Counted from the first letter of the stretch, positions 12,405 to 24,862 are shown. The stretch is DNA of 64,000 bases from Fistulifera solaris (GCA_030295235.1 AP026124.1:62001-126000); one strand, 5' to 3'. Program-made: numbers and translations. The notes: generated from the letters alone by a model not told the origin.

Positions 12405-13763
12405 ATGAATGAGCGTTTTGACTTGCCATCACAAACGATAACCAGTGAATATATATACAATGGTCCTTTGGAAGCAAAAGCAGGTTATTCTTTGGTTTTC
12501 AGCCTTCTCCGTTCCTTTTTGACTCTATTTAATTTCAGCTTATCGCAAACGTACTTGAGTCTTACTTACGACAACAATGCAGCAAATGCAACAAATGATT
12601 CTCTCTCAGTGACAGTTAAAGCGCCCTCATATACACAACAAGAATCGTTTGCCGCATGTATATTAGTACTGGATCAGAATCATCGATTGACGGAATGGAT
12701 TGCTTATCATTACTTTGCGTTACCGTTACGCACACTCATTATTGCCTACGATCCGAAAAGTACATTACGAGCTCGTGAACTCGTACAACGCTGGAAATCA
12801 GTAATAAATATTATTGAATGGGAAGATGATGATTATTTACCGCCCAATTGGGCGGCACAAATGGCTCGTGTCAAAGGAAGTGTTGGAGTCCATCGACGTC
12901 GACAACCGCGCTTTATGAAAGAGTGCACCAAAGTGGCTGCCTCCAAAAAGATAAAACGTGTCCTGCATGCCGATGTCGATGAATATTTACGCATCAATCG
13001 CAACGTCGTGTCATCCGATATTGTCAATGCGTCAGAACCGGGACATATCACCAAATTTCTCAATCAGCTCGAACACAAAAACAATACACTTTTTCCGGAA
13101 TCAACAAACGGATACGGGAGAGCGTGTACCTGTTTCTCTCGCTATCATTATGTACAGGTGCTGAATGATCCATCCAATGGGACGACGCACGAGTACAACA
13201 GTCTTGCATCTTCCTTTGTCGGAAAGGAACACGAGGTTTATTTTGACACATTACGGTATCCCTACCGAGCCGGATTCATTACGGGTCTACCCAAGGGTAT
13301 CATCAATTTGAAATACATTTCGAATTCGGAATTATCGAGAGCCAAAAACGATGTTCATTTGCCTTTGGGAAAGCAGTATTGCGAACGTCCTAATCTCAAC
13401 ACGACACTTTTCATATTCAATCACTACATTGGCAGTTACGAGTCATTCTTGTATAGTGTTCACAACGATCCCCGCTACAATATGACACGAGACAAATGGG
13501 AAGAACGCGTATACGGAGGTGGAGGTATGCTCACGGGGCAAGATGCTTGGAAGACTCTGCCTCCCGTGTTGGATGATACGATTGTCGAATGGTTGCCGGC
13601 GTTTTATCAATGGCAGTCGGAAGAAACGGCGAGCTGGCTACTACAGGACACTGGATTGCGCGCTGTGCTACCCGAGTTAATGGCACAGCATCCCGAAATT
13701 TCGAATTCGTATTATGATCAGGATGCAGAGAAGATACTGATCAACGCGTTGTCACAACAATGA
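12405..13763 (+). CDS. GT92/GT2-like glycosyltransferase
   Basis: FAACILVLDQNHRLTEWIAYHY, HADVDEYL (DxD), NHYIGSYESF. Confidence 0.7.
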   Translation: MNERFDLPSQTITSEYIYNGPLEAKAGYSLVFSLLRSFLTLFNFSLSQTYLSLTYDNNAANATNDSLSVTVKAPSYTQQESFAACILVLDQNHRLTEWIAYHYFALPLRTLIIAYDPKSTLRARELVQRWKSVINIIEWEDDDYLPPNWAAQMARVKGSVGVHRRRQPRFMKECTKVAASKKIKRVLHADVDEYLRINRNVVSSDIVNASEPGHITKFLNQLEHKNNTLFPESTNGYGRACTCFSRYHYVQVLNDPSNGTTHEYNSLASSFVGKEHEVYFDTLRYPYRAGFITGLPKGIINLKYISNSELSRAKNDVHLPLGKQYCERPNLNTTLFIFNHYIGSYESFLYSVHNDPRYNMTRDKWEERVYGGGGMLTGQDAWKTLPPVLDDTIVEWLPAFYQWQSEETASWLLQDTGLRAVLPELMAQHPEISNSYYDQDAEKILINALSQQ

Positions 13764-13888
13764 ACGGAGTAGCGGGTGCAAACTAATTGTTCACTTTCCT
13801 CTTGCACCACAAAGAAAATCAAGAATGAATCAACATGGGATACAATAAGCCGTAAATCAACAGCTTTTTAAAATCATACAGTGGCGTC

Positions 13889-15403
13889 TTAATCTTCGTC
13901 GTCCGACTCTGAGTCTCCGTCATCACCCTCTTCGTCTTCGTCCACTTGTGAAATAAGACTTTCCACGTAATCATCCAACTCATCATCCGACAAAGAGGGC
14001 GAAGGCGTCAGCTTACTCAAGGGAATATCTATTCGTGTCGCCGATGTACGAATTCGTGCGCGTTCGGCAATCTTTTCACCACCAGCAAGTTCATCCGGTC
14101 CGTAAATGCTTTCCATTGCTTTGTCTGATTTTGTGGCAACCACCAATATCTGTTGTTGGGGTGCCGGTAATAAGCTAAGAACAATGCTTGGCGGCTTGAG
14201 CAATAAAAAGTACAACACTTGCTTGATCAGCAGCTGCACTTGTCTTGCTTGCAAGACAAAGACCGCCGGCGCTCCCAACAATAGAATAGCCCGACTGGTC
14301 GGCGTCCGACCACCGAACCAGCCGAAAAACAAAAACAAGCAAAAGCTTCGTATCGATGCTTCCCAGTCAATGTTGAACTGTCGTTGCAGTTGTAGCTTCA
14401 GTGACGTTTTGACGCCCGCGACGGCCACTTGACGAACACGCTGTCCACGAATTTGTGTCATCATGAGTCCCGATTGTTCGGCCGGTGCAATCGGATCGGC
14501 CAACAAGTTTTGTGTTTTGGAACTCGTCAGGAGCTGTGTTTTCCATTGTGTTTGCATGCGTTCGGCTTGTTGACGAATCTGTTCAGAAATGAGCGATGAA
14601 TCGTTGCTGGCTTGTACCTCATTGTCTTTATCGGTATCATCCAACGATGCAGTCGACCGAGATGGAAAGAGTGCAGCGGCGTTTTGATACAATGCAGCTT
14701 CGCTGGCAGCGTACGCCTCTAGCAGTTGAGCAGTCGTCCAGTGTGGTATTTCTTGTTGCAATTGCGGCAAGAATTTCGGGTCAATCGGTGGAACCATATC
14801 GAGTTGCAAAACGAGTCCGAACGCGTTATCCTCATCAATTTCGTCGTCCTCTTCGTCATCATCTTCCTCTTCATCTTCTATTAACTCATCGACAATGGTC
14901 GTGTCCGGCAATCGTTTCCCACGCCATATTAACTCCATTGTGGACACAGGAGGTTTGTTGGGTAATTGCCGACGAATACTCTCTTTGAGTGAAGCAACGT
15001 CACGACTTCGATTGACGTTCAGTTCGAGTGAATGATCTAGTACTTTAAATCCTGTTGCAGTTTGAACTGTAACAGTTACCGGTTTTTGTGAGAGAGAACC
15101 TTTCTTCGATGCTTGTTTAGCATCGTCTTTGTCCTCTTCTTCTTTGTCGTTACCGCTGAACGCTTCATGTCCTTGCGTCGCCGACGCATCATCATCATCA
15201 TCATCTTCTTCTTCTTCTTCTTCAACGATTCCCTCTTGCACACTCGCACCTCCTCGAATGAGCCAGACAGTACCTCTTTGAGTGAACGAGAGTGTCCGAT
15301 AAGTCGCTGGAGAAACGAAAGGTCGATACGCTTCGGTAGTCGATTGTTGCATATTTGCTGTGTATACTAACAAGAACACTGTTATCCGTGATAATGTCGT
15401 CAT
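13889..15403 (-). CDS. Signal-peptide-bearing ubiquitin-like domain membrane protein (Herp-like architecture)
   Basis: Hydrophobic N-terminus, acidic tracts, UBL-like DVASLKESI...LIWRGKRLPD, C-terminal hydrophobic hairpin. Confidence 0.6.
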   Translation of the reverse strand: MTTLSRITVFLLVYTANMQQSTTEAYRPFVSPATYRTLSFTQRGTVWLIRGGASVQEGIVEEEEEEDDDDDDASATQGHEAFSGNDKEEEDKDDAKQASKKGSLSQKPVTVTVQTATGFKVLDHSLELNVNRSRDVASLKESIRRQLPNKPPVSTMELIWRGKRLPDTTIVDELIEDEEEDDDEEDDEIDEDNAFGLVLQLDMVPPIDPKFLPQLQQEIPHWTTAQLLEAYAASEAALYQNAAALFPSRSTASLDDTDKDNEVQASNDSSLISEQIRQQAERMQTQWKTQLLTSSKTQNLLADPIAPAEQSGLMMTQIRGQRVRQVAVAGVKTSLKLQLQRQFNIDWEASIRSFCLFLFFGWFGGRTPTSRAILLLGAPAVFVLQARQVQLLIKQVLYFLLLKPPSIVLSLLPAPQQQILVVATKSDKAMESIYGPDELAGGEKIAERARIRTSATRIDIPLSKLTPSPSLSDDELDDYVESLISQVDEDEEGDDGDSESDDED

Positions 15404-15851
15404 TGTTGATTCTTGGCTTGTGTGAAGAGAGGACAGGACTGCGTTACGATTCTCTTTGTTGTGAAAGTGATTATTATTTATTTGAGATAAACATCACCTT
15501 GTTGTTGGGTCGCGTCCTCGAGAAGATCAAAGCCAACGACCTTCCACGTGTTGATGATAAAGCGGCGCGTTTTTATTTCAAAACGTGTTAGGGTTTCAGG
15601 TTACGGATAAGGATGGTTTACCTCGCCCTTTCTCTCTCTAGAGAGTGCTGGTTGACGATTACGATGATGATGTTTTTCTTCTACCAGATTCATGAATTCC
15701 AGGACTGGATGTCAGTCATGAATCAAGTTTTTCCGAGCCCAGGCAGGTAACGATACCGGTACAGTACTGGTACTTGTACCATTTTCATTTTTTCGCAGTG
15801 TCCTCATCATAAAGCACGGCCAATACTTAATGATCCCAGTACATAAATTAA

Positions 15852-16051
15852 AAAAGTGGAAAATTCAGTCGAATGTCAAGATTAGATTCTGACGATTAAA
15901 AAATTAGGAATAAAATATATATGTGTTATTTCACCGCAAAAAAAAAAATTATTTAAATGAAAAGTGGAAAATTCAGTCGAATGTCAAGATTAGATTCTGA
16001 CGATTAAAAAATTAGGAATAAAATATATATGTGTAAAAAAAAATTATTTAA
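15852..16051. repeat. AT-rich tandem direct duplication, period about 108 bp
   Basis: 75-nt block AAAAGTGGAAAATTCAGTCG...ATATATGTGT is identical at 15852 and 15960, each copy followed by an A-run and TTATTTAA. Confidence 0.9.
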
Positions 16052-16429
16052 GGAAAAAGGCCGTATTGAATCCATGTTACGCACCCTCTAGTAGAAAGTA
16101 GGAATTCGTTTCGAAAAGTCAAAAATGTACATAATTAATTTTCAATATGAAGAGGAAAAGGATAGAAGGCAACCTACAGTTGTCCAAAGATCCAACTGTT
16201 TGTTGGCAATATACCAGGTAGTGTACCTCAAACCCGAACCCATAGTTTGTGCTCGTCGCTCGTCGGCAAATGGGAAATGGGTCGATGGTTCATCCTTTTA
16301 TAGCTGGTCGACATCAACTGTTTGCCAAATCTCTCTCTCTCTCTACGGAGTTCTTTCTTTATCAACGGTTTATGCTCACGAATCATCATCATCATCATTA
16401 TCGATTCTAGTAATTAAAACACACGCGTC

Positions 16430-17623
16430 ATGCGTAGCGAGAACCGGAAATGCAACCGAAAACGTAGCCATGTTGTCGGATTAGTTCTTATCTTTCTTCT
16501 GGCCATCCAACTTTCCAAGGTTTTCCATTTGAATTACGAGAAAGAAACAGGAAGTGTTCCTCCTCCGACCTGCCAAGAATTTGTTCCAGGTGAACTATTT
16601 CTAAGGGAGCGTACCAATCAATCTGCCATTTCTGAAATCAAGAGCCGGCCAAGACATCCTGAAAAAAGCATCTGCTTTTGGGACTCTAATTGGTTATTGC
16701 ATCAACATTTACCACACGCAATGCAGTGGATATATCGCTGCTGGACCATCTGGGAAAAGTATCCGGGGGATAAGGTGCTCCTCAAAAATCCAGATGATTG
16801 GAAAGTAAAAGTCGCCCGTTTCTTGACAAAGATCTTCAATCCATATTCCAAGGGTGAATTCATTGATGGGATGTTGTCAGCAATGGAGGAAGCGTTCAAT
16901 GTGAAAATCATGTTATCGAATGAAATTAGTGAATATGATCGGCAATATGCTGTCGATGCCACCACTGAAGTTTGTGGAGGAAATCACTGTATGCGTCGAC
17001 AAGATGCGTGGAAATGGACCGAGGGTATACTGCGGCATGAAAATCTTCACGAGGAGAGAATTGGGTGCAAAGGACCAGTACGGATAGGAATTTTGAATCG
17101 AGCTCAGGACAATGGTCGCTCCATACTTAATGCAGGGCGTATCATGGATAAACTGAGGCATGAATATGGTGAAAATGTTCGCGTTGACGAAGGTACAATG
17201 GACGGAAAATCCTTTCGCGAACAAATTGGTTGGTTTGCCTCCCATGATATTGTTTTTACAGGCCATGGAGCTCAGGAGACGAGCTTGCCGTTTATGGCCC
17301 GCTGTGGTGTTATTATGGAGATATTTCCATTCGGCTATTATGTCCCTCATAAATTTGGATCTTTGGCCGATTCAACTCATGTCCGTCACTATTCCATGTA
17401 CGACAACAACACGACAGATCCAATTGCGGATACACAGGCAAAAATCGATCGTTATGCAGACCGAGTCAATGTCCGTGCAGCGAATTTTTGTCCTGCCGCA
17501 GCTAGCATCCTGCATTACATTTCGACAGCTATCCACGATTGGGAACTGTGCTGCAAAGATGTGGAAGAAAGCTTCAATTTTAGTGTAGGAGCTAGCACTT
17601 TTGATGAATTAGCCCAAGAATAG
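16430..17623 (+). CDS. GT61-like glycosyltransferase, type II membrane protein
   Basis: TM helix VVGLVLIFLLAI; RIGILNR, SFREQIGWFASHDIVFTGHGAQET, IMEIFP. Confidence 0.8.
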   Translation: MRSENRKCNRKRSHVVGLVLIFLLAIQLSKVFHLNYEKETGSVPPPTCQEFVPGELFLRERTNQSAISEIKSRPRHPEKSICFWDSNWLLHQHLPHAMQWIYRCWTIWEKYPGDKVLLKNPDDWKVKVARFLTKIFNPYSKGEFIDGMLSAMEEAFNVKIMLSNEISEYDRQYAVDATTEVCGGNHCMRRQDAWKWTEGILRHENLHEERIGCKGPVRIGILNRAQDNGRSILNAGRIMDKLRHEYGENVRVDEGTMDGKSFREQIGWFASHDIVFTGHGAQETSLPFMARCGVIMEIFPFGYYVPHKFGSLADSTHVRHYSMYDNNTTDPIADTQAKIDRYADRVNVRAANFCPAAASILHYISTAIHDWELCCKDVEESFNFSVGASTFDELAQE

Positions 17624-17937
17624 CAGAATGAGCTTTAGGGTAAATTGTTTCATTGTTTCACAACTTCAACTGCAGCAGATTCAATGCAATTTGTATCTTG
17701 TTGTCAAAAGATAGGCTGCGGATCGTTTTGTCCTGATGTACTTTTTTATGATCCAAGTGTAGGTTTTACCCGTCATATCACGACTGAAATTCAGTCAATT
17801 TAGAGCGGGCGTGTTTACTACGTAATTTCAGTGTTTTTATTCTCTTCATTTCGCGTTCACGTCGTATCGCATTTTTGACTTCATCCAAACTCTACTGGTA
17901 CAATCATAAATCAATCGCATTTAATTAACATAATAGA

Positions 17938-19006
17938 ATGAGGATTGTTTCCATTTCTTACAATGATCTCGTTGAGCAAAAGCAGGAGACGCTTTTAACT
18001 GCTACAGAAGAAGCCTTCGGACCGCAAGGACTGGGGATCATCGTGATACGAGATGTGCCCGAATTTGCTGTTTTGCGGCAACGTGTGCTTGAAGAAGCGG
18101 CAAAGTTGGGAGAATTGGGAAAAACGAATCACTTTACCAATGTGTTAGATGACTGCATTTCTCCGGAATCGAATTATAGTACGGGCTGGTCTCATGGGAA
18201 AGAACAACTGACGCAGGGTGTACCCGATACCAGCAAGGGAAGTTTTTATGCGAATCCGCTCGTACCGAATTTGCTAGAAGCTGTATTGCAACGGGATGAT
18301 TTCAAAGATATTCATGAGGAGAAGCTACGGAAACAAGCAAATGACAATCCTTCCTTCTTCGCACCCAATGTGTTCCCTCGAGCTTGTCCGGAATTGGAAC
18401 CTGCATTGACGTCTATGGGGAAACTCATTCATCACGTGGGCTGTCTGGTAGCTCGAGCATGTCAAGACTACTGTCGCGAGAAACATGAACTATCCATTCC
18501 ACTGCATAGTATAGTTGCTGAGTCACTCAATTGCAAGGCACGGTTGCTGCATTATTACGATGAACCCAAGAACGGTAACAACTGGTGGTGCGGTTGGCAT
18601 AAGGATCACGGCGCTTTAACTGGCTTGGTACCGTGCATGTATCGGAAAGACGGAAAGGAAATCAAATTGGAAGAACCATCTCTTTATATCCAAACCAGAA
18701 ACGGAGAGAACATAGGTGTATCGTGGCCGGCCGATTGTCTTGCTTTCCAGCTCGGAGAGACTTTTCAGATTCTCACCAACGGCCTCTTGGAGGCGACACC
18801 CCATGCTGTAAAAAAGAGTTGAAGAAGGTTGCACTCGTGAAGCACTAGCCGTCTTTCTTCAGCCGGAGTTTGATTTTCCGCTCACCGCCAATTACACGGA
18901 AGAAATATTGTCATCCACAGTTCGTCCCCTCAAACAACGGTATCGCCCGGGGTGTACGTTTGGAGAGTTTCACAATGCGACAGTACAAGCTTTTCAAGCC
19001 AAATAA
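17938..19006 (+). CDS. 2-oxoglutarate/Fe(II) dioxygenase (IPNS/DIOX-like); frameshift near 18812
   Basis: AFGPQGLGII, GWSHGKE, WCGWHKDHGALT (HxD), ATPHAV; shifted frame continues REALAVFLQP...TFGEF to TAA ending 19006. Confidence 0.85.
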
Positions 19007-19165
19007 GCTTCGCAGTTTTGCGCCTTAAAAGATTATGTTTTTATACTCATTTTATTGTCAGCTATTACAATGGCTTATCGGTTTTCTAACACGTCATTCA
19101 TTCGAGTGATCACTGTACATTGCTTTACAATTGCCTCCGTGTGTGTCCATAACACAAAAACTCAT

Positions 19166-20206
19166 TTAAGCAGCATGACTGATTCCTGCTCGAGTTTTCA
19201 TATTGTCAGCATCGATCTTGTTCTTGTATGCGGCGGGTGCCATCAATGGAATGCGTTCAAGAGCGACATTTTTCTGCAACATTTCTGCCAAAGCATCGAA
19301 CCCAGCGTTCGAGATCTTAACATTTCCCCACAAGCGGAGCATCTTGATACTTCTGTTGTCCGCCAATGCAGTCGCAATGACAATGCAACCTTCGTCGGTG
19401 AGGCTGTTGCACGACAAATCGAGTTTCTCCAGAGACTGGTTCAAGCCAATGGCCTTGGCAATGTGGTCGGCACTTTCGTCATTGAGACCACAATGCGGAA
19501 GTGCAAGACCCTTGATGCTTGGAGCAGTCTTGATAGCTTCGGCGAGTGCCTCAAAGTCATCTAAGTCCAGAGCAAGACGGTTCAACGTGAGCTCATTCAT
19601 TTTGGGCGCAGAGATCAAGGACGCCAGAGCCAGACCCCGCACGATAACTTTGACTGGTTGGCTTGCAGCAACACTACCCACAAGACTGACACGTCGTCGA
19701 CGCGTCACCTCAATCTTAACTTTTTCGAGATTCGGAATAGTCGAGAGCGCCTTGATGAAATCGTCCATGACAATCGAGTCATCGTTCAAGCAAAAGTCAG
19801 TGAGATTGAAACCAGTCAATGTAGGGTGATTTTCAATCGCCTTGGAAATAATGGCGAAGTCTTCCGCTGAGCCCTGCAAATCCAAGCAGCCAAACTCGAG
19901 AAACTCGATTTTGTTTGCGTTTTTCAGAAAGTCGGCGAGGACTTTGACAGGGACACTGGCGTGCCAAATGTGAGCCTCTGTGAGAGCCGGCAACGCACCG
20001 ATGGTAGAGAAGAAATCCTCCATATAATTCTCGTCCATGCAGGGTAAGAAATCGCGGTCGAGACGAATATAGTCGACGACCGTGTTCGACGACAGTGCTT
20101 CGATCAAATCCGACATGCTTGCGGCGTAGGCTTCGGGGCTCTCCGTGAGACGAAGCTCCCTTAGCTCGTAGTCGTTGTTTCTGAGTTGCTCGCAGATAGA
20201 AGTCAT
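19166..20206 (-). CDS. RNI-like leucine-rich repeat protein
   Basis: LEKLDLSCNSLTDEGCIVIATAL-type repeats. Confidence 0.85.
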   Translation of the reverse strand: MTSICEQLRNNDYELRELRLTESPEAYAASMSDLIEALSSNTVVDYIRLDRDFLPCMDENYMEDFFSTIGALPALTEAHIWHASVPVKVLADFLKNANKIEFLEFGCLDLQGSAEDFAIISKAIENHPTLTGFNLTDFCLNDDSIVMDDFIKALSTIPNLEKVKIEVTRRRRVSLVGSVAASQPVKVIVRGLALASLISAPKMNELTLNRLALDLDDFEALAEAIKTAPSIKGLALPHCGLNDESADHIAKAIGLNQSLEKLDLSCNSLTDEGCIVIATALADNRSIKMLRLWGNVKISNAGFDALAEMLQKNVALERIPLMAPAAYKNKIDADNMKTRAGISHAA

Positions 20207-21612
20207 TATTGCTGTTGTTGATGATAATGAGAGCCCTGAGATTCAAATGATGAGAATTTCGGGAGTTGTCAATTTTATGAAGAATGACTTTGTAGTGTTT
20301 GCAGCCAACTCCTTCGCGTCACAAACATCAACAGAGTGCCCCATGCCACCAACCTCTCCGTTCTTCTTCTCTCGTCTCGCGGTTCGGATTACGGATTCTT
20401 ACGTGAAATGACTGCGAAACCCTGATAATAGACTATCGGAGATCGTGGACTTCATGTATTCGACGCTTATTCTCAATTTCTAGTTTGTTGTTTTCTCCTA
20501 CCGCATTTCATGAAGAAGGCTAAGGCTAATGACTCAATGACTTTTTCGATATTGTTCGTGGTTTTCCTACCTACTACGGAATACAAGCAACCACTTATCC
20601 GCTTATGGAATGACACGTTGTCGACATAGTTAAATAGTACGAAAGTATTTTTGTTTCCTATACCAGGTACGGGAAGGACGTTAAACGTTAAATTCTGCCT
20701 TCAGGTACAAGATTATTCTACGTAGCATCCTCGACAAGGCAGAATTTTAACGCCGTTTCGGAGGACCCAAGAGAGTCATCGTGGAATTGTGCATCTAGAA
20801 ATCTATTTTCTCCTCTTCCTAAGGTTACCATCAGCTTTTCACTTACTCCGTATTAAGACTTTAATGTTGTGCTTTTAATGCATGCCAAATGAAGCAAAGA
20901 TACTAGTAGACATTGCCGATTACCGCTTCGTGAGACCTTCATTGTATAAAAAATAAAAACTCTAGAGAGGCCGTCGACTACACCTGGTCAGACTAAATTA
21001 ATGGAGGCTAAATAATCCTCCAGCCATTCGAAACGACCATGCAGCCGTTCATCTCATGAAACTCTTAGTGAGCACAATGTTTTCGTTTCATTTGTAATTA
21101 ATCCCCATTAACTGCAATACAATCATTCACTTATTGTATGACTTATCGCTTGGTTCACCTAACGGTGTAGCTTGCAGCATTGTCTCCCAAAAAAGAGTAT
21201 GACTATGCTTAATCTTTACTTCTGGATTTAACAGTGCCGGTAATCTTGGATGACGCATTGTTACAACTTTGAAAGCATTTTATTGGTGGTCGCTAAGTTG
21301 CAAAGATCATTAAGAAAAAGCTACATGGAGACACTCCTGACCTATTTGCTCTTTTCCTTGATTTTATGCGGCTTTCTATACGTTAATAGTTGCGGTAAGG
21401 GCTGTGAATGTAAACTCGTTGCCAATCGCGGTCAATTGCGAGCCTTGTTTGAAGTGATTTGCGCTTCGCATTTTTGCGACCTAGAATGCAGTGCCAGTGC
21501 GAATTTTCAAGATCCGATAGCAACGTTTTTGCATGAAAGGCGACGTTCACCTTTTGTTGCAATCAATTGCGAGATTGAAGTCGTTGTTGCAGATTGAACT
21601 TTTCTTTTCGCC

Positions 21613-23768
21613 ATGCGTATCCGTCTTTTTCTCTTTTTCTTTGTGAGTGCTGCGCAAGGACAGCGATCCATACTTTCATGGGGAAGTCGCCTTAAAAATC
21701 GTGGTGCCTCGTCATTAGAAGGTACGATTGTTTCGTTCATTTCGCTACAAAAACTCACTAAACAAGTCACTAACTTCCTTTTTCTACCAATCCCCATTCT
21801 AGATGAAATTGTAGTAAATGATGATCACATTGAAGCCATGGCCGGTCTGTCGCAAGTCGATTTGTCCTTTGAAGGTATCGAGATGACGCTCCACAAGGGA
21901 AAACAAAAAGAACCCAAACAAATTTTAGACGGAAGTATCCGAGGAAGAGCACGTCCGGGACGTTTACTCGCAATTATGGGTCCTAGTGGTGCTGGTAAGT
22001 CTTCTGTAATGCACGCCTTGGCGGGACGAATCAAAGAAAGCTCGGCGCTACAACTGTTCGGAAGACGATATGTGAATGGTAAAGAACTGGCAGGGGATTC
22101 GCCGCTTCCCGCTGCTCTTATTGAACAAGATGTCAATTTCTTTCCGCACATGACGGTTCGGGAGACTCTGGATTTTCGTGTTCAGTTGCAATTGGGATCA
22201 CGCTTGAGTAAAAGGGCGCGGCGTAAGGTCGTCGACGACATCATGGAACATTTGGGGTTGTCGAAAGTAGCCGATAGTATTGTAGGGAACACCAAAGTGA
22301 GAGGCATCTCGGGAGGCGAACGGAAGCGGCTATCCATCGCAGTGGAAATGATTGCGTCCCCGGCCCTTATCTTTCTTGATGAACCCACCAGGTAAAGATA
22401 TCGTCTACTCACTGCATCGAGATGCTTGTGGAATCTACACTGACTCTTTTGCTTAGTGGCCTTGATGCAACAGCTGCTACCAAGCTAATACAAACACTTC
22501 GCGATCTAGCCGATGAGGGTAAAACAATTGTTGCGGTTATTCACCAACCGAGCCAGCACGTGTTCGACAAGTTTGATGATATCATGTTAGTTTCGGAAGG
22601 GAGGCTTATGTACTTTGGACCCAGGGAAGAAGTTCGTGCGTATATGAATAAGTACGGCTGCAAAGCGCCCGCGGATATGGGAACGGCTGAGCACATATTG
22701 GATTGCGTATCGCCGGATTTGTTGGAAGGTGAAACTGCCGAAGATGCCGAGAATCGTATGGATCGCCTGGCAAAGAATGCCGCCAATCAGAGTATGGATT
22801 TGGGAGTAGTGAATGCTGCGAGTGAGTCCAACAACCAGTTACAGCGCTTTTCTTCGGGAATGAGCCACAGACCACGCTCAAGCTTGTTGACACAATTTCG
22901 ACTACTCTTACAACGATCATTTCGTGAGATAAGCAGAGGGAAGCTAGTTCTTTTCGTGAAACTGGTGCAGCAAGTGACGACAGCATTGATTTATGGAGGT
23001 ATTTATAGTCTGGGTACTAATCAAGCTTCTATCCAGGATCGATTCGGCTTGTTGTCGCTGATTGCTATCGGCACCGCCAACATGGCGATCGCGCAGTCCA
23101 TTCGCGCCTTTCCTCGAGAAAAATCGATCATTTCAGGCGAACTCGCATCTCGAATGTACCGAACTCTTCCCTATTTTGTCGGCAAAGCGTTGGCTGAGAT
23201 TCCCTTGGTCACCTTAATGAGTAGCGTGTTTGGTTCTATTTTATATCGCTTGACCGGTTTAAGTCGGATGACGGGCAAGTTCCGCAATTTTCTGGGGCTA
23301 TTGAGTATGCATGGTATCACGGCGGAAGCAACAGGATTGTTGATTGGTGCCTTCAGTCCGAGTTCCGACATTGCGCTAGCAGTCTTTCCGGCCATTTTGG
23401 TAATTAACATTATTTTCGATGGTAAAAACATCTCCGAAGAGAATACTCCCCGGCTACTGAAATGGGTCCCGAAGATTGGTTTGATCCGTTGGGGCTTTGA
23501 AGGCTTATGCGTCAACGAGTTCGAAGGCTTGGAATTCGACGTGGGTGGTCCCCGGCGTGGACCAGTCGCCAAGACTGGTGCGGATGCACTGGCACGGTTC
23601 GGACTGGGCAGTCGAAGTCTCGGCGATGTGTTACGGGCACAAATGCTTATCACGGGAGGATTCTATGTATTGAGCTATCTGGGCTTGACATTGACGCGAC
23701 AGCGCTTTCAGGTCATGCAGCCACCGTTGGACAGCAAACAAGTACTGGACGATGAGAAAGAGCTATAA
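21613..23768 (+). CDS. ABCG (White-family) half transporter; introns 21722-21802 and 22392-22456
   Basis: GPSGAGKS, ISGGERKR, spliced LDEPTSGLD, IHQP, NBD followed by TMD. Confidence 0.93.
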
Positions 23769-23913
23769 TTCAGCTACTCCTACCATTTGATTAGAAGGGT
23801 ATAGATATAAAAGAAAACTTATGATAATTTATGTGATTCTCAATGCAAGAGTTTCCAGTGTATCGATTTTCGTGTTTCATTGCTCGTTGTCTCGTCCATT
23901 CTTTGTCGTTCTT

Positions 23914-24862
23914 TCATTTGTTGGTGAATGCGGGAGTACGCTTCTCCAAAAAGGCTTTCATTCCTTCTTTTTTGATCGTGTGTTGCAAACAAGGATTGAA
24001 AGAATCGCCGTTCCAACCGGAGTCCTTCTTGCAAACTAATCTCTTGCGAGGCATTGACGGCTTCCTTCGCCATCATAACCGACATGCGTCCCTTCCCGGC
24101 AATTGTATGTGCCACTTTGACGGCTTCGTCCACTAAATCATCCGCGGGAAATATTTTAGCGACTAACCCATTCTGGTAAGCTGTCTCGGCATCGATCATT
24201 TCTCCCGTCAAACACAGGTACATGGCCTTTGATTTTCCAATGGCCCGTGTCAAACGCTGCGTCCCACCCGCACCCGGGATGATCCCCAAATTGATTTCCG
24301 GCTGACCGAATTTCGCTTTATCACCAGCGAGAATGAAATCACACATCATGGCTAGCTCACAACCTCCACCCAAACAAAAGCCATTGACGGCCGCAATGAT
24401 GGGTTTTCCCAATTTGGTAATGTCAGCCCATTCGGAGAACATGTTCTAGAGAGAGAGAGAGATTGTGCCAGCGTGCGGTAGAGGAAGACTACGTTGGTGA
24501 GCCTTTCAAAATAAAATAGTGCGACAATAAAAGTCTTCTGTTCGACGCACCTTCGAATACGTATGATCAAACGTTCGATCTTTCATTTCACTGATATCCG
24601 CTCCTGCGGCAAACGCCTTGGTCGATCCTGTGACAACCATACAACCAATGGCATCATTCTGCTCAAACTCCTTCGCCGCGTGAATCAAGTCAGCAAAGAG
24701 TGCATCCGATAAAGCATTAAGAGCTTTAGGACGGTGCAAACGAATCAATCCGACGTTGTCTTGGAGTACTTCGACTTGAATGTTTTCGTACGCTTTTGTT
24801 GTAGTTGAAAGAGTGCGACGAGCGATGAGGCGGGATGTGGGCAATAAAACACTGCGAAACAT
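23914..24862 (-). CDS. ECHS1: Mitochondrial short-chain enoyl-CoA hydratase; intron 24446-24550; frameshift near 23970
   Basis: RPKALNAL, AFAAGADI, GGGCELAMMCD, FGQPEINLGIIPGAGGTQRL; corrected end EGMKAFLEKRTPAFTNK. Confidence 0.93.

Noticed and set aside
15588..15603. Telomere-like TTAGGG
   Set aside because: Single unit, no array.
15840..16130. Centromere-like low-GC island
   Set aside because: Only about 300 bp long; described diatom centromeres are kilobase-scale.
20400..21600. Possible gene or ncRNA in a long intergenic gap (also 4450-5370 and 29700-30330)
   Set aside because: No recognisable protein motif and no tRNA or snRNA signature by eye; an Infernal/Rfam scan would be needed to exclude one.
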